A stretch of DNA of 64,000 bases, from NCBI RefSeq assembly GCF_055900595.2, contig NZ_CM148325.1; one strand, written 5' to 3'. Each line of letters opens with the position of its first letter. Position 1 is the first letter of the stretch. Below the pieces are notes generated by a model. It saw only the letters and a program-made list of their open reading frames with translations, was not told where the DNA came from and searched no databases. A program made the translations under genes and the position numbers. Positions 1 through 15,312 of the stretch are shown piece after piece.

Positions 1-1330
<1,330 letters not shown>

Positions 1331-1336
1331 TAATAA

Positions 1337-2635
<1,299 letters not shown>

Positions 2636-2644
2636 GCAATCAAT

Positions 2645-2674
2645 GTCGGATGCGGCGCGAGCGCCTTATCCGAC
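2645..2674. repeat. REP-type palindromic element between lacY and lacA
   Basis: Palindrome gtcggatgcggcgcgagcgccttatccgac, REP-like. Confidence 0.6.
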
Positions 2675-2700
2675 CAACATATCAGGACGGAATGATCAAA

Positions 2701-3312
2701 ATGAACATGTCGATGACAGAAAGAATAAAAGCAGGAAAGCTATTTACCGATATGTGCGAAGGCTTACCTGAAAAAAGACTTCGTGGGAAAACATTAATGT
2801 ATGAGTTTAATCACTCGCATCCAGCGGAAGTTGAAAAAAGAGAAAGCCTGCTTAAAGAAATGTTTGCCACGGTAGGGGAAAACGCCTGGGTTGAACCACC
2901 TGTCTATTTCTCTTACGGCTCCAACATCCATATAGGCCGCAATTTTTATGCAAATTTCAATTTAACCATTGTCGATGATTACACGGTAACGATCGGTGAT
3001 AACGTACTGGTTGCCCCCAACGTTACCATTTCCGTTACGGGACACCCTGTACACCATGAATTAAGAAAAAACGGAGAGATGTACTCTTTTGCGATAACGA
3101 TTGGTAATAACGTCTGGATCGGCAGCCATGTGGTCATTAATCCAGGCGTCACCATCGGGGATAATTCTGTTATTGGCGCGGGAAGTGTCGTCACAAAAGA
3201 CATTCCACCAAACGTCGTAGCTGCTGGCATTCCTTGTCGGGTTATTCGCGAAATAAACGATCGGGATAAGCAATATTATTTCAAAGATTTTAAAGTTGAA
3301 TCGTCAGTTTAA
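2701..3312 (+). CDS. lacA: galactoside O-acetyltransferase, 203 aa
   Basis: ATG at 2701 (MNMSMTERIKAGK...), hexapeptide-repeat acetyltransferase; the ORF-track start at 2650 is an upstream in-frame extension. Confidence 0.93.
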   Translation: MNMSMTERIKAGKLFTDMCEGLPEKRLRGKTLMYEFNHSHPAEVEKRESLLKEMFATVGENAWVEPPVYFSYGSNIHIGRNFYANFNLTIVDDYTVTIGDNVLVAPNVTISVTGHPVHHELRKNGEMYSFAITIGNNVWIGSHVVINPGVTIGDNSVIGAGSVVTKDIPPNVVAAGIPCRVIREINDRDKQYYFKDFKVESSV

Positions 3313-3324
3313 ATAAGCAAAATT

Positions 3325-3395
3325 GCCTGATGCGCTCCGCTTATCAGGCCTATAAGTTCAGTGATCTACGTAGGCCGCATCCGGCGTAAACAAAG
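3325..3395. repeat. REP pair (BIME) between lacA and cynX
   Basis: gcctgatgcgctccgcttatcaggcctat ... gtaggccgcatccggcg, inverted REP copies. Confidence 0.7.
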
Positions 3396-3414
3396 CGCAG
3401 GAACGAGCGTCGCA

Positions 3415-4569
3415 TCATGCCTCTTTGACCCACAGCTGCGGAAAACGTGCTGGTGCAAAACGCAGGGTTATGATCATCAGCCCAACGACGCACAGCGCAT
3501 GAAACGCCCAGTCCATCAGGTAATTGCCACTGATACTACGCAGCACACCAGAAAACCACGGAGCAAGCCCGGCAATGATAAAACCGATCCCCTGCATAAA
3601 CGCCACCAGTTTGCCAGCAATAGCGGGTTGCGCAGAGTGATCGAGCGCCAGCAGCAAACAGAGCGGAAATGCGACACCCAGACCTAACCCACACACCATT
3701 GCCCACAATACCGGCAATTGCAGCGGCAGCCAGATAAAGCCGCAGAAACCCACCAGTTGTAACGCCAGTGCCAGCATTAATAGTTTGCGCCGATCCTGAT
3801 GGCGAGCCATAGCAGGCATCAGCAATGCCCCTGCGGCTTGACCAAGCGTCATCAACGCCAGCAAGGAACCGCTGTACTGCGTGCTGGCACCGATCTCAAT
3901 ATAGAAGGCGGGTAACCAGGCAATCAGACTGGCGTAACCGCCGTTAATCAGACCGAAGTAAACACCCAGCGTCCAGGCGCGGGGAGTGAAGACTACGCGA
4001 ACCGGAGTGGTTGTTGTCTTGTGGGAAGATACGACCTCGCGGGAGCTTTGCCACCACCAGGCAAAGAGCGCAATAATGGCAGGCAGCGCCCACCAGGCGA
4101 GAGTCTGGAACCAAATCTCGCTGTGTTGAACTAACCAGGGCGTCAGGGCGGCACCAAGTCCACCGCCGCCCATCAGAGCCGCAGACCACAGCCCCATCAC
4201 CAGTGGCGTGCGCTGCTGAAACCGCCGTTTAATCACCGAAGGCATCACCGCCTGAATGATGCCGACCCCCACTCCACCGAGCAGTGCGCTGCTAAGCAGC
4301 AGCACACTTTGAGGGTAAAGCTCTCGCATCAATGCGCCGACGGCTATCAACAACAAACTGATGGCGACGCTGCGACGTTCGCTGACATGCTGATGAAGCC
4401 AGCTTCCGACCAGCGCCAGCCCGCCCATGGTGACCACCGGCAGAGCGGTCAACAGGGCAGCCACGCTAAAGCTCATTCCGCTCGCCTGGCGCAATTGCGG
4501 TAGCAGTGGCCCGACGGAGGTGAGCAGTGGTCGCATATTAAGACCAATCAGCACCAGAACCAGCAGCAT
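3415..4569 (-). CDS. cynX: cyanate transporter (MFS), 384 aa
   Basis: Hydrophobic ORF; N-terminus MLLVLVLIGLNMRPLL matches CynX; ATG at 4569 chosen over ORF-track start 4596. Confidence 0.9.
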   Translation of the reverse strand: MLLVLVLIGLNMRPLLTSVGPLLPQLRQASGMSFSVAALLTALPVVTMGGLALVGSWLHQHVSERRSVAISLLLIAVGALMRELYPQSVLLLSSALLGGVGVGIIQAVMPSVIKRRFQQRTPLVMGLWSAALMGGGGLGAALTPWLVQHSEIWFQTLAWWALPAIIALFAWWWQSSREVVSSHKTTTTPVRVVFTPRAWTLGVYFGLINGGYASLIAWLPAFYIEIGASTQYSGSLLALMTLGQAAGALLMPAMARHQDRRKLLMLALALQLVGFCGFIWLPLQLPVLWAMVCGLGLGVAFPLCLLLALDHSAQPAIAGKLVAFMQGIGFIIAGLAPWFSGVLRSISGNYLMDWAFHALCVVGLMIITLRFAPARFPQLWVKEA

Positions 4570-4601
4570 CGTGAACGTCTTTTGATGGTCGCGCATGGCT
4601 G

Positions 4602-5090
<489 letters not shown>

Positions 5091-5102
5091 TTAAAAATAA
5101 GG

Positions 5103-5762
5103 TTACGCTGCGGCCGGCTGGCGTAGCGGTATGGCACAAACGCAAGGATTAGCGGCCAGTGGCACAAACTGGCGGGTTGCGCCGTCAAAGGCTGCGATAC
5201 TTCCGCTTTCAATGTCGTAGACCCAGCCGTGCAGAGCGATCCGCCCCTCTTCGAGCGCCAGGCGCACCGATGGATGAGTTTGCAAATTAGCCAACTGAGC
5301 AATGACGTTTTCACGTACCATCGCCGCAGCTTTTGACGCTAAATCGGAATGCGGGCGCGCCTCATTAACGACGCGAGCTGAATCGGCATAACGCAGCCAG
5401 TGGGAAACAGCTGGCATATGGTCCATGCACTGACAGCTGGCAATGGCAGTCATCGCGCCACAGTTGGAATGACCGCAAATCACAATGTCAGATACCCGAA
5501 GCGCAGCGACGGCATACTCCACCGAAGCAGAAACGCCACCAGGTTCCGGTCCGTAGGAAGGGACGATATTGCCCGCGTTGCGAATCACGAACAGATCGCT
5601 AGGTTCGCGTTGCGTCACCAGCTCAGGGACCAGACGGCTGTCGGAGCAGGAGATAAAAAGTGTGCGCGGGCTTTGCTGTGTCGCCAGCTGTTTAAACAAG
5701 GCTTCCCGCTTCGGAAATGCCTCGCGCTGGAATTTAAGGAATCCATCAATAATCTCTTTCAC
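5103..5762 (-). CDS. cynT: beta-class carbonic anhydrase, 219 aa
   Basis: [16 protein letters not shown]...; CSDSR and HSNCG motifs; GTG start at 5762. Confidence 0.93.
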   Translation of the reverse strand: MKEIIDGFLKFQREAFPKREALFKQLATQQSPRTLFISCSDSRLVPELVTQREPSDLFVIRNAGNIVPSYGPEPGGVSASVEYAVAALRVSDIVICGHSNCGAMTAIASCQCMDHMPAVSHWLRYADSARVVNEARPHSDLASKAAAMVRENVIAQLANLQTHPSVRLALEEGRIALHGWVYDIESGSIAAFDGATRQFVPLAANPCVCAIPLRQPAAA

Positions 5763-5871
5763 CGTTAACCTCTGTCTGTCTCTGGAATGAGAGGCAGACT
5801 ACTCGCCGATTGCCATAAGGTAAAAGACTCATTTATGATTAGTTCTATTGGATTTACTTATAGGTTGGCGA

Positions 5872-6771
5872 ATGCTCTCTCGACATATCAATTACTTTCT
5901 TGCCGTGGCTGAACATGGCAGCTTCACCCGTGCCGCCAGTGCGTTGCATATCTCCCAGCCTGCGCTTTCCCAGCAGATTCGCCAGTTAGAAGAGAGTTTG
6001 GGCGTACCGCTGTTTGACCGTAGCGGGCGAACGATTCGTCTCACCGATGCGGGAGAAGTCTGGCGACAGTACGCCAGCCGTGCGTTACAGGAACTGGGGG
6101 CGGGTAAACGGGCGATTCATGATGTTGCCGATTTGACGCGAGGATCGCTGCGCATCGCCGTCACCCCCACCTTCACGAGCTACTTTATCGGCCCTTTAAT
6201 GGCGGATTTCTATGCGCGTTATCCCGGCATCACGCTCCAGCTACAGGAAATGTCACAGGAGAAAATCGAAGATCTGCTTTGCCGCGACGAGCTGGATGTT
6301 GGGATTGCCTTCGCGCCGGTGCATTCGCCGGAACTGGAGGCAATACCTTTACTGACAGAAAGTTTAGCGTTAGTCGTGGCGCAACATCATCCACTGGCAG
6401 CCCATGAACAGGTGGCGTTGAGTCGCTTGCATGATGAAAAACTGGTACTGCTCAGCGCGGAATTTGCCACCAGAGAGCAAATTGACCACTACTGCGAGAA
6501 AGCGGGGCTACATCCACAGGTGGTGATAGAGGCGAACTCAATTAGCGCAGTTCTGGCGCTGATTCGCCGCACTTCCCTTTCCACATTGTTGCCAGCAGCG
6601 ATTGCCACACAACATGACGGGCTTAAAGCTATTTCTCTTGCCCCACCGTTACTGGAGAGAACGGCGGTTTTGTTGCGGCGGAAAAATAGCGGGCAGACAG
6701 CCGCCGCAAAGGCATTTTTGCAAATGGCGTTGGATGAATGTGCGGTTGTTGGCGGGAATGAATCACGGTAG
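5872..6771 (+). CDS. cynR: LysR-family activator of the cyn operon, 299 aa
   Basis: Divergent from cynT; LysR HTH N-terminus [43 protein letters not shown] at 5872 inside ORF 5848..6771. Confidence 0.92.
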   Translation: MLSRHINYFLAVAEHGSFTRAASALHISQPALSQQIRQLEESLGVPLFDRSGRTIRLTDAGEVWRQYASRALQELGAGKRAIHDVADLTRGSLRIAVTPTFTSYFIGPLMADFYARYPGITLQLQEMSQEKIEDLLCRDELDVGIAFAPVHSPELEAIPLLTESLALVVAQHHPLAAHEQVALSRLHDEKLVLLSAEFATREQIDHYCEKAGLHPQVVIEANSISAVLALIRRTSLSTLLPAAIATQHDGLKAISLAPPLLERTAVLLRRKNSGQTAAAKAFLQMALDECAVVGGNESR

Positions 6772-6799
6772 CCGCTGACACAGGTCAGCGGCTGGAATT

Positions 6800-6865
6800 G
6801 CCTGATGCGCGACGCTTATCAGGCCTACGAGTTCAGTGCAAGGCGTTCAAGCCGCATCCGGCATA
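6800..6865. repeat. REP element(s) between cynR and codA
   Basis: gcctgatgcgcgacgcttatcaggcctac and gccgcatccggc motifs. Confidence 0.6.
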
Positions 6866-6891
6866 AACTACGCTCGCTGCAACCCAGCCGA

Positions 6892-8175
6892 TTACCGTTT
6901 GTAATCGATGGCTTCCGGCTGCTCCAGATACACGGTGGTTTGTGCCGGTTGCGTGGTGGCAATCACCTTACCACCACGTACCGAATAGCGTACCGGAACC
7001 TGACGGCGCAGCGCATCAAACCCATTTTCAGCCGGCAGGATAATCAGGTTAGCGCTGTTTCCGGCGACTATGCCGTAATCCTGCAAATTCAACGTCCTGG
7101 CGCTATGGTGGGTGATTAAATTCAGGCCGTCGTTAATCTGCCCGTAGCCCATCAACTGACAAACATGCAGCCCCATATGCAGCACTTGCAGCATATTCGC
7201 CGTTCCCAGTGGATACCACGGATCGAAGACATCATCGTGACCAAAGCAGACGTTAATGCCGGACTCCAGCATCTCTTTAACGCGCGTAATACCGCGACGT
7301 TTTGGATACGTATCGAAACGCCCTTGTAGATGAATATTGACCAGCGGGTTGGCGACAAAGTTAATACCGGACATTTTCAGCAAACGGAACAGGCGCGAGG
7401 TATACGCCCCGTTATAGGAGTGCATTGCCGTGGTGTGGCTGGCGGTGACTCGCGCGCCCATGCCTTCACGGTGAGCCAGGGCGGCAACGGTTTCGACAAA
7501 GCGCGACTGTTCGTCATCGATCTCATCACAGTGAACATCGATGAGACGGTCGTATTTTTGCGCCAGGGCGAAGGTTTTATGCAGCGACTCCACGCCATAT
7601 TCACGGGTAAATTCAAAATGCGGAATCGCCCCCACTACGTCAGCCCCTAAGCGTAACGCCTCTTCCAGCAACGCTTCACCGTTGGGATACGACAAAATCC
7701 CTTCCTGCGGGAAGGCGACGATTTGCAGATCAATCCACGGCGCGACTTCCTGCTTCACTTCCAGCATCGCTTTTAGCGCAGTCAGGGTTGCATCCGAAAC
7801 ATCGACATGGGTACGCACATGCTGAATGCCGTTGGCAATCTGCCATTTCAGCGTTTGCCATGCGCGTTGTTTCACATCGTCATGGGTTAATAACGCTTTG
7901 CGCTCGGCCCAGCGTTCAATGCCTTCAAACAGCGTGCCGGACTGATTCCAGTTCGGTTGCCCGGCGGTTTGCGTGGTATCCAGGTGAATATGCGGCTCCA
8001 CAAACGGCGGTAAAACTAAACCTTGCTCGGCATCCAGGCTGTTTTCTGTTACGGGCATCACGCCGGATTGCGCATCAATGGCGCTGATTTTTCCGTCCTG
8101 CAGATGAATCTGCCACAGCCCCTCTTTGCCAGGTAACCGGGCGTTAATAATTGTTTGTAAAGCGTTATTCGACAC
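6892..8175 (-). CDS. codA: cytosine deaminase, 427 aa
   Basis: [16 protein letters not shown]... amidohydrolase fold; GTG start at 8175 preceded by GGAGG; overlaps the codB 3' end. Confidence 0.93.
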   Translation of the reverse strand: MSNNALQTIINARLPGKEGLWQIHLQDGKISAIDAQSGVMPVTENSLDAEQGLVLPPFVEPHIHLDTTQTAGQPNWNQSGTLFEGIERWAERKALLTHDDVKQRAWQTLKWQIANGIQHVRTHVDVSDATLTALKAMLEVKQEVAPWIDLQIVAFPQEGILSYPNGEALLEEALRLGADVVGAIPHFEFTREYGVESLHKTFALAQKYDRLIDVHCDEIDDEQSRFVETVAALAHREGMGARVTASHTTAMHSYNGAYTSRLFRLLKMSGINFVANPLVNIHLQGRFDTYPKRRGITRVKEMLESGINVCFGHDDVFDPWYPLGTANMLQVLHMGLHVCQLMGYGQINDGLNLITHHSARTLNLQDYGIVAGNSANLIILPAENGFDALRRQVPVRYSVRGGKVIATTQPAQTTVYLEQPEAIDYKR

Positions 8176-9424
8176 TGTTAGCCTCCACATGCGTCATTGC
8201 TGCTGTCGTTTTACGATTCAAAATCGGGTTAAGGATCAGATAGCTCAGCGCACCACCTAATACCGCGTTGACAGGAACAATACCCGGTAACCAGTGGCCT
8301 GCGGCAATCCCCAGCGCGACCGCCAGAATCGCCACCCAATTGACACTCATCATACGCGTGGTCGCAAAGTGCTCATAGCGGCGACGGTTCATCAGATAGT
8401 CGGCGATGATCACGCCACCCACCGGAGGAATAGCAGCCGAAAGGAAGGTTAGCCAGCCGACAAAATTGTTATACAGCCATAGTGCGCAGACCGTGCCGAT
8501 AATACCGTTGATTACTGAAAGAGTTTTGCTCGACATACCGGTAATGTTGGCGAAACCTAAACCCGACGCATAGAGTGCGTTATCGTTGGTGGTCCAGATA
8601 TTCAGCCCCAGCACCACAATCGCAGGCAGCAGCAGGCCCTGAGCAATCATCACATCAGAGATATCCGCCATCCCCAGTGCTGCAGCGCCCGCTGCACCGA
8701 AAATAAACATCAACGAGTTGCCGAGGAAAAAGGCCACCATCGCCACCAGCACCGCCAGTTTGGCATTGCGACCAAAGCGGACAAAGTCAGCGGTGAGCGT
8801 GCCCGCGCTGATAAATGACCCCACAACCAGCGCCAGCGCGACATTGAAATCTAACGGTTGTGCGGGAACGACCGCTTTTAATGCGTCCAGGCCGCCCATG
8901 CCGTTAACGGCCAGCCACACGGAATAACCGCCAAGACAGGCGATAGCCGGAACCGCAATCACCGAAAGAACTGTCAGCGCCGAAATGCCAAAGAAGACGG
9001 TGACGGTCATCAGTAAACCGGAAACGGCAATCAGCAAATTAATATCCAGCCCGGTTGCCTTGCCCACCGGAATAGCAAACATCGCCACGCCAACGCCAAA
9101 CCAGCCAACCTGAGTGCCGCCCAGCAGCAGTGAAGGCAACCATGAGCCTTTAACACCAAACGAGAAGCGAGCAAGAAGATGAGTGGTCAGGCCGGTTTTT
9201 GCGCCAATGTAACCAAGAAATGAAGTGTAAATACCGAGGAGAAGATTACCGATGAGGACTGCGAGGAAGAAATCATGATAGCTAAGACCGGTTCCGAGAG
9301 TGCCGCCGGTCCACATACTGGCGGAAAAGAAGGTTAATCCCAGCATGACGAACGTCAATGCCAATACCCCTTTCCGCGCCGACTGCGGGACTGGCCCCTG
9401 GCTAAAGTTGTTATCTTGCGACAC
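8165..9424 (-). CDS. codB: cytosine permease (NCS1 family), 419 aa
   Basis: 419-aa polytopic membrane [32 protein letters not shown]...; upstream of codA in the same operon. Confidence 0.93.
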   Translation of the reverse strand: MSQDNNFSQGPVPQSARKGVLALTFVMLGLTFFSASMWTGGTLGTGLSYHDFFLAVLIGNLLLGIYTSFLGYIGAKTGLTTHLLARFSFGVKGSWLPSLLLGGTQVGWFGVGVAMFAIPVGKATGLDINLLIAVSGLLMTVTVFFGISALTVLSVIAVPAIACLGGYSVWLAVNGMGGLDALKAVVPAQPLDFNVALALVVGSFISAGTLTADFVRFGRNAKLAVLVAMVAFFLGNSLMFIFGAAGAAALGMADISDVMIAQGLLLPAIVVLGLNIWTTNDNALYASGLGFANITGMSSKTLSVINGIIGTVCALWLYNNFVGWLTFLSAAIPPVGGVIIADYLMNRRRYEHFATTRMMSVNWVAILAVALGIAAGHWLPGIVPVNAVLGGALSYLILNPILNRKTTAAMTHVEANSVE

Positions 9425-9589
9425 GAAATTCCCCCTTTTTGCTGTTTGAAACCCAAAAAATCCGCCGCATTCTATTCATCTGAAGATAAAAAGCAATCGT
9501 TTTCGTGGGGGAATATATTTTTTATATGAATGAGTGCAAAAAGGTGGGGGAAAAATTATCGGTGTAAAAACAGTGGGTAGGCATAATAA

Positions 9590-9655
9590 GACGCGGTAAG
9601 CGTCGCATCAGGCATCGGCGCATGGTGTCGGATGCGCCACACGACACATCCGACA
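9590..9655. repeat. REP-like palindromic elements between codB and prpE
   Basis: cgcggtaagcgtcgcatcaggc and gtgtcggatgcgccacacgacacatccgaca palindromes. Confidence 0.5.
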
Positions 9656-9660
9656 ATACC

Positions 9661-11547
9661 TTACTCTTCCATCGCCTGGCGGATCTGATCCAACGACGCA
9701 GGATCATCAATAGTCGTCAGATCTCCCGGATCGCGTCCTTCACAAATCGCCTGGATCGTGCGGCGCAGCATTTTTCCGGATCGCGTTTTCGGTAATTGCG
9801 AGACAAACCAGACGTGCGCCGGGCGACCAAAGTTGCCAATCTGGCTGTCTACCAGCGCCATAATCGCCTTCTCTTGCGAGTGCGCCACCTCACGGTCTTC
9901 AAGACTGTCGCTTTCTTTCGGAATGACAAACGCCACCGCCACCTGCCCTTTCAGCGCATCTTTCACCCCAACCACCGCCACTTCAGCAACGTCCGGATGA
10001 CTGGAGATACTCTCTTCAATCTCGCGTGTGCCAAGCCGATGCCCGGCAACATTAATCACATCGTCAGTGCGCCCGAGAATAAAGTGATAACCGTCAGCAT
10101 CGCGGATGCCCCAGTCAAAGGTGGCGTACACCGGACGGGAAAACAGCGACCAGTACGTCTTCACAAAACGGTCGTCGTCGCCCCAGATGGTCTGAATACA
10201 GCCCGGCGGCAATGGCCCTTCCACCACCAACATCCCTTTCTCATTGACGCCGCACGGTTCGCCGGTGACTTCATTGAGCAACTGCACGTTGTATCCATAC
10301 ATCGGCACGCCGGGGCTTCCCAGACGTGTCGGCCTGTCGTCCAGACCGCGAGCAATCGCCATAATCGGCCAGCCGGATTCGGTCTGCCAGTAGTTGTCGA
10401 TGACCGGCACATCCAGCGTATTGCTCACCCAACTGGCAGTCGGCTCATCCAGCGGTTCTCCCGCCAGATAGAGCACTTCCAGCGACGAGAGATCGTGTTT
10501 GCGAATTTCAGCGGTAGGGAATTTTTTCAGCACGCGGATGGCGGTCGGCGCTGAGAACATCCGGCTCACCTGATATTTCTCGACGATTTTCCACCACACA
10601 CCGCAGTCAGGATAAGTCGGCAATCCTTCGTAAACGATAGTCGCCATCCCCGCCAGCAGCGGCGCGTAGACGATATACGAATGCCCAACTACCCAGCCGA
10701 TATCCGACGCACAGAAGAACACACCGCCCGCTTTACCGCCAAAAATGGTGTCCATTGAGGTCGCCAGCGCCACCGCATAACCGCCGACGTCACGCTGTAC
10801 ACCTTTTGGTTTGCCGGTCGTGCCGGAGGTGTAGAGAATGCAGGAGGTTTCGTTGGATTCCAGCCACGCCACCGGTACCCGCGCACCGATGTGTTGATGG
10901 CGCAACGACGCGAAATCGACATCCCGCCCGCTGACGCGCGCCATTTTCGCCAGCCCGCGATCCACCAGCAAAACATGGCGCGGTTGATGCTGCGCCTGGC
11001 TTATCGCATCGTCGAGCAATTTTTTATAGGGAATGATTTTGCCACCGCGCGCTCCGGCATCTGCCGAGACAATCAGCACCGGTTTAGCGTCATCAATCCG
11101 CGCAGCCACGCTGTGCGAGGCAAATCCACCAAACACTACCGAGTGAATAGCGCCAATGCGCGCGCAGGCCAGCAGGGTAATATGCGCTTCGGCAATCATC
11201 GGCATATACACCAGCACCCGATCGCCACGCCGTACGCCCAGTGAGCGCAGCATTGACGCCACCGCGTTCACTTCGTCATGCAACTGGCGAAAGGTAAAGA
11301 TGCGCTCTTCTTCTGTTTCCGAAGAGACGGCAATTAATGCCAGCGCCTCTGGCTGTTTCTCCAGCCAGCGGTCGATGGCGTTGTGGCACAAATTGGTTCG
11401 GCCTTCACAAAACCAACGGGCAAACGGCGGATTGCTGTGATCGAGCGTTTGCGTAAAGGGCGTCTGCCAGTCAATACGCCGGGCCTGCTCGGCCCAGAAT
11501 TGCTCCGGTTCGTTAATCGAACGCTGATAAAATTCGCTAAAAGACAT
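9661..11547 (-). CDS. prpE: propionyl-CoA synthetase (acyl-CoA synthetase family), 628 aa
   Basis: 628-aa AMP-forming acyl-CoA synthetase (YTSGTTGKPKG motif); last gene of prpBCDE. Confidence 0.94.
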   Translation of the reverse strand: MSFSEFYQRSINEPEQFWAEQARRIDWQTPFTQTLDHSNPPFARWFCEGRTNLCHNAIDRWLEKQPEALALIAVSSETEEERIFTFRQLHDEVNAVASMLRSLGVRRGDRVLVYMPMIAEAHITLLACARIGAIHSVVFGGFASHSVAARIDDAKPVLIVSADAGARGGKIIPYKKLLDDAISQAQHQPRHVLLVDRGLAKMARVSGRDVDFASLRHQHIGARVPVAWLESNETSCILYTSGTTGKPKGVQRDVGGYAVALATSMDTIFGGKAGGVFFCASDIGWVVGHSYIVYAPLLAGMATIVYEGLPTYPDCGVWWKIVEKYQVSRMFSAPTAIRVLKKFPTAEIRKHDLSSLEVLYLAGEPLDEPTASWVSNTLDVPVIDNYWQTESGWPIMAIARGLDDRPTRLGSPGVPMYGYNVQLLNEVTGEPCGVNEKGMLVVEGPLPPGCIQTIWGDDDRFVKTYWSLFSRPVYATFDWGIRDADGYHFILGRTDDVINVAGHRLGTREIEESISSHPDVAEVAVVGVKDALKGQVAVAFVIPKESDSLEDREVAHSQEKAIMALVDSQIGNFGRPAHVWFVSQLPKTRSGKMLRRTIQAICEGRDPGDLTTIDDPASLDQIRQAMEE

Positions 11548-11586
11548 AATGCTCTCCTGTTGAACTTACGCCTTACCGCCGTTTAC

Positions 11587-13038
11587 TTAAATGACGTACA
11601 GGTCGAGATACTCATTGACCGGCATCTGTTCCAGGCGAGCTCTGTCGAGAGAAACCTCCAGAATGCGCTGCTGTTGGCGAGTCGGGAACTGGCGCGCGAG
11701 ATTGATTTTGAATTTATCCACCAGTTTTGGAATACCATCCTGACGGCGGCGAGCATGACCAATTGGGTACTCCACCACCACTTCTTCAAATCGCGTGCCG
11801 TCGGTGAACTCAAGGGTTATGGCATTGGCGATGGCGCGTTTTTCCGGGTCGTGGTAGTCAGCGGTAAATGCCGGATCTTCAAAGCAATTGATCTTCTCGC
11901 GCAGGGCGTCGATGCGTTTATCTTGCGCAACGTTGTCTTCGTAATCTGCCGCCGTTAAGCGCCCGAATAACAGCGGGATCGCCACCATGTACTGAATGCA
12001 GTGGTCGCGGTCAGCCGGGTTATTGAGCGGCCCTTTTTTGTCGATGATGCGAATACAGGCTTCGTGGGTGCGAATGGTCACTTTTTCGATATCCGCCGCC
12101 GTTTTGCCTGCTGCCTGCATCTGTTCATAGAGCGTCATCGCCGCTTCAACTGCCGTCTGAGAGTGGAACTCCGCCGGGAAGGAGATTTTGAACAGCACAT
12201 TCTCCATGACGTAAGAACCGTACGGACGCTGGAAGCGGAACGATTCACCTTTAAAGGAGACGTCGTAGAAGCCCCATACCGGCGCGGTCAGGGCTGACGG
12301 GTAACCCATTTCGCCCGTTTTCGCCATCAGTGCCAGACGTACCGCGCGGGACGTGGCATCGCCCGCCGCCCAGGATTTACGCGTGCCGGTGTTCGGCGCA
12401 TGGCGATAGGTGCGCAGCGACTGACCGTCCACCCACGCCAGCGAAACAGCGTTGAGAATTTCCTCGCGGGTCAGGCCAAGCATTTCGGCGACCACGGCGG
12501 TGGAAGCCACTTTCACTAACAGAACGTGGTCGAGGCCAACGCGGTTAAAGGAGTTTTCCAGCGCGATGCAGCCCTGAATTTCATGGGCTTTGATCATTCC
12601 GGTTAGCACCTGTTTCATGGTCAACGGCGCTTTGCCGCTGGCGACCGCGTTGCGCGAAAGCCAGTCCGCCGTTGCCAGAATGCCGCCGAGGTTGTCGGAA
12701 GGATGGCCCCACTCCGCCGCCAGCCAGGTATCGTTGAAATCGAGCCAGCGGATCATCGCGCCAATGTTAAATGCCGCCTGGACGGGGTCGAGCTGGAACT
12801 GAGTTCCGGGAACGCGCACGCCGTTAGGTACGACGATGCCAGGAACAATTGGCCCCAGCAGTTTTTTACAGGCCGGGTATTCGAGAGCTTCAAGACCGCA
12901 GCCGAGGGTGTCGAGCAGGCAGTAATGTGCGGTGTCGTAGGCTACTTTGGAGCTAATTTCGTAGTTCATGACGTAATCGACAATATCAATAATTTCGCGG
13001 TCGAATTCCGGGCGGATGTTGTTGATTTGAGCTGACAT
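11587..13038 (-). CDS. prpD: 2-methylcitrate dehydratase, 483 aa
   Basis: 483-aa [26 protein letters not shown]...; MmgE/PrpD family; operon position. Confidence 0.94.
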   Translation of the reverse strand: MSAQINNIRPEFDREIIDIVDYVMNYEISSKVAYDTAHYCLLDTLGCGLEALEYPACKKLLGPIVPGIVVPNGVRVPGTQFQLDPVQAAFNIGAMIRWLDFNDTWLAAEWGHPSDNLGGILATADWLSRNAVASGKAPLTMKQVLTGMIKAHEIQGCIALENSFNRVGLDHVLLVKVASTAVVAEMLGLTREEILNAVSLAWVDGQSLRTYRHAPNTGTRKSWAAGDATSRAVRLALMAKTGEMGYPSALTAPVWGFYDVSFKGESFRFQRPYGSYVMENVLFKISFPAEFHSQTAVEAAMTLYEQMQAAGKTAADIEKVTIRTHEACIRIIDKKGPLNNPADRDHCIQYMVAIPLLFGRLTAADYEDNVAQDKRIDALREKINCFEDPAFTADYHDPEKRAIANAITLEFTDGTRFEEVVVEYPIGHARRRQDGIPKLVDKFKINLARQFPTRQQQRILEVSLDRARLEQMPVNEYLDLYVI

Positions 13039-13071
13039 TGGGTACGTTTCCTTCTTGTTATTCGTAGAGGT

Positions 13072-14241
13072 TTACTGGCGCTTATCCAGCGCGACAAACT
13101 GGCGGTCTTCAGGGCCAACATAATTGGCGGAAGGACGGATAATTTTGTTGTCCTGACGTTGTTCGATAATGTGCGCCGCCCAGCCGGTGACGCGGGCGAT
13201 AACAAACAGTGGCGTGAACATCTCGGTGGGAACGCCCATCATGTTGTAGGAAACAGCGGAGAACCAGTCGAGATTGGGAAACATTTTTTTGCTCTCCCAC
13301 ATCACCGTTTCCAGGCGATCGGCGATGTTGTACATCTTCAGCGAGCCGCCTTCCTGCGAGAGCTGCTTCGCCACACGTTTGATCACCTGATGACGCGGGT
13401 CGGCGATGGTATAAACCGGATGGCCAAAACCAATCACCACTTCTTTGTTTTCAACCCGCTTGCGGATATCGGCTTCGGCTTCGTCCGGCGTTTCGTAGCG
13501 TTGCTGGATCTCCAGCGACACTTCATTCGCCCCGCCGTGCTTCGGCCCGCGCAGTGCACCAATCGCGCCAATAATCGCGGAATACATATCAGAGCCGGTG
13601 CCCGCAATCACCCGGCTGGTAAAGGTGGAGGCGTTAAACTCGTGTTCGGCGTACAGCACCAGCGAAATATGCATCGCCTTTTCCCAGCTTTGCGACGGCT
13701 TTTCGCCATGCAGCAGATGCAGGAAGTGACCGCCGATGGAATCGTCATCGGTTTCCGGCTGGATGCGTTCGCCGTTGTGGCTGTAGTGATACCAGTAGAG
13801 AAGAATCGAGCTCAGCGACGCTAATAATTTGTCGGCAATATCCCGCGCGCCAGAGACGGTATGCCCCTCTTTTTCTGGCAGCGTGCAGCCGAGCGCGGAA
13901 ACGCCGGTGCGCATGACATCCATCGGATGCGACGCCGCTGGTAAGGCTTCCAGCACGGTACGCACGTTAGCCGGTAAACCGCGCAGGGCTTTCAGTTTTG
14001 TTTTGTAGGCGGCGAGTTCGTCACGGGTCGGCAGTTTGCCGTGGATCAGCAGATGCGCCACTTCTTCAAATTCGCAATGTTCCGCCAGGTCAAGAATATC
14101 GTAGCCGCGGTAATGCAGGTCATTGCCACTTTTACCCACGGTGCAGAGCGCCGTATTGCCCGCCGGAACGCCAGAAAGTGCCACAGATTTTTTCGGTTTA
14201 ATGACATGGGTACTGTTTTGCAGGATCGTTGTGTCGCTCAT
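13072..14241 (-). CDS. prpC: 2-methylcitrate synthase, 389 aa
   Basis: Citrate synthase family [56 protein letters not shown]... Confidence 0.94.
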   Translation of the reverse strand: MSDTTILQNSTHVIKPKKSVALSGVPAGNTALCTVGKSGNDLHYRGYDILDLAEHCEFEEVAHLLIHGKLPTRDELAAYKTKLKALRGLPANVRTVLEALPAASHPMDVMRTGVSALGCTLPEKEGHTVSGARDIADKLLASLSSILLYWYHYSHNGERIQPETDDDSIGGHFLHLLHGEKPSQSWEKAMHISLVLYAEHEFNASTFTSRVIAGTGSDMYSAIIGAIGALRGPKHGGANEVSLEIQQRYETPDEAEADIRKRVENKEVVIGFGHPVYTIADPRHQVIKRVAKQLSQEGGSLKMYNIADRLETVMWESKKMFPNLDWFSAVSYNMMGVPTEMFTPLFVIARVTGWAAHIIEQRQDNKIIRPSANYVGPEDRQFVALDKRQ

Positions 14242-14285
14242 GTTGTCCTCGTCATTTGTAGGGTCGAGATATTTTTCGTTGTGTT

Positions 14286-15176
14286 TTATTTCGTCTGGCT
14301 ACGGGCAAACAGGTCGTCGAGCTTTTCTTCGTACTGGTAGTAGTTAATGCTTTCATACAGCTCGTTGCGGGTCTGCATGGTGTCGATGACGCTTTTCTGC
14401 GTGCCTTCCTGGCGCAGGACGTTGTAGACATGTTCAGCGGCGCGGTTCATTGCGCGGAAAGCAGAAAGGGGATACAGCGCCATTGCGACATGGGCGCTGC
14501 GTAATTCGTCGGTGGTAAACAGCGGCGTGGCACCAAATTCAGTAATGTTGGCAAGGATCGGCACCTGCACCGCATCGGCAAACTGGCGGTACATGGCGAG
14601 TTCGGTAATTGCTTCCGGGAACAACATCTCGGCACCCGCTTCAACATAGGCCTGCGCACGCTCGATCGCCGCATCCAGCCCCTCTACCGCCAGCGCATCG
14701 GTGCGCGCCATGATCACAAAATCAGGATCGGTTTTCGCATCCACCGCCGCGCGGATCCGATCCACCATCTCTTCTTTCGAGACGATCGCTTTGTTCGGGC
14801 GATGACCGCAGCGTTTTGCTCCAACCTGATCTTCAATATGTAAGCCCGCCGCACCGGCTTTAATCATCGATTTCACGGTGCGGGCAACGTTAAAGGCCGA
14901 AGAGCCAAAACCGATATCCGCATCCACCAGCAGCGGCAGCGAGCAGACGTCGGTGATACGACGAATATCAGTCAACACATCATCAAGAGTAGAAATACCG
15001 AGATCCGGCAACCCCAGCGAACCTGCCGCCACACCACCGCCGGAGAGATAAATCGCCTGATATCCGGCACGCTGCGCCAGCAGCGCATGGTTGGCGTTAA
15101 TGGTGCCGACAATCTGCAATGGATTTTCTTTAGACAGTGCAGCGCGAAACGCTTTACCTGGAGAGTGTAGAGACAT
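14286..15176 (-). CDS. prpB: 2-methylisocitrate lyase, 296 aa
   Basis: Isocitrate lyase/PEP mutase family ORF; first gene of the prp operon, downstream of a sigma54 promoter. Confidence 0.94.
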   Translation of the reverse strand: MSLHSPGKAFRAALSKENPLQIVGTINANHALLAQRAGYQAIYLSGGGVAAGSLGLPDLGISTLDDVLTDIRRITDVCSLPLLVDADIGFGSSAFNVARTVKSMIKAGAAGLHIEDQVGAKRCGHRPNKAIVSKEEMVDRIRAAVDAKTDPDFVIMARTDALAVEGLDAAIERAQAYVEAGAEMLFPEAITELAMYRQFADAVQVPILANITEFGATPLFTTDELRSAHVAMALYPLSAFRAMNRAAEHVYNVLRQEGTQKSVIDTMQTRNELYESINYYQYEEKLDDLFARSQTK

Positions 15177-15223
15177 AGCCCATCCTTTGTTATCAACTTG
15201 TTATTTACGTTGATAAACTCAAA

Positions 15224-15239
15224 GCAAGGGGTGTGCCAC
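15224..15239 (-). promoter_or_regulatory. sigma54 (-24/-12) promoter of prpBCDE
   Basis: Minus strand reads TGGCAC-ACCCC-TTGC-TTT, matching TGGCAC-N5-TTGCW; about 48 nt upstream of the prpB ATG; divergent sigma54 activator prpR adjacent. Confidence 0.8.
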
Positions 15240-15312
15240 AATTACCTGGATGAAATTAAATGTTATATTTCAATTTGTTATAGATAAAGCCATGAAGTAA
15301 TCCGCAAATATG

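Noticed and set aside
8176-8190. ATG at 8190 as the codA start
   Set aside because: The GGAGG SD lies inside this extension, 7 nt upstream of the GTG at 8175, which gives the expected 427-aa VSNNALQ N-terminus.
9796-10554. 252-aa ORF antisense to prpE
   Set aside because: Entirely inside the well-supported prpE gene on the opposite strand, Arg/His-rich, no start signals. The same applies to other long antisense ORFs in GC-rich genes (11383..11958, 13159..13824, 27315..27896, 29079..29918, 40963..41619, 42467..43165, 45273..45710, 56849..57304).
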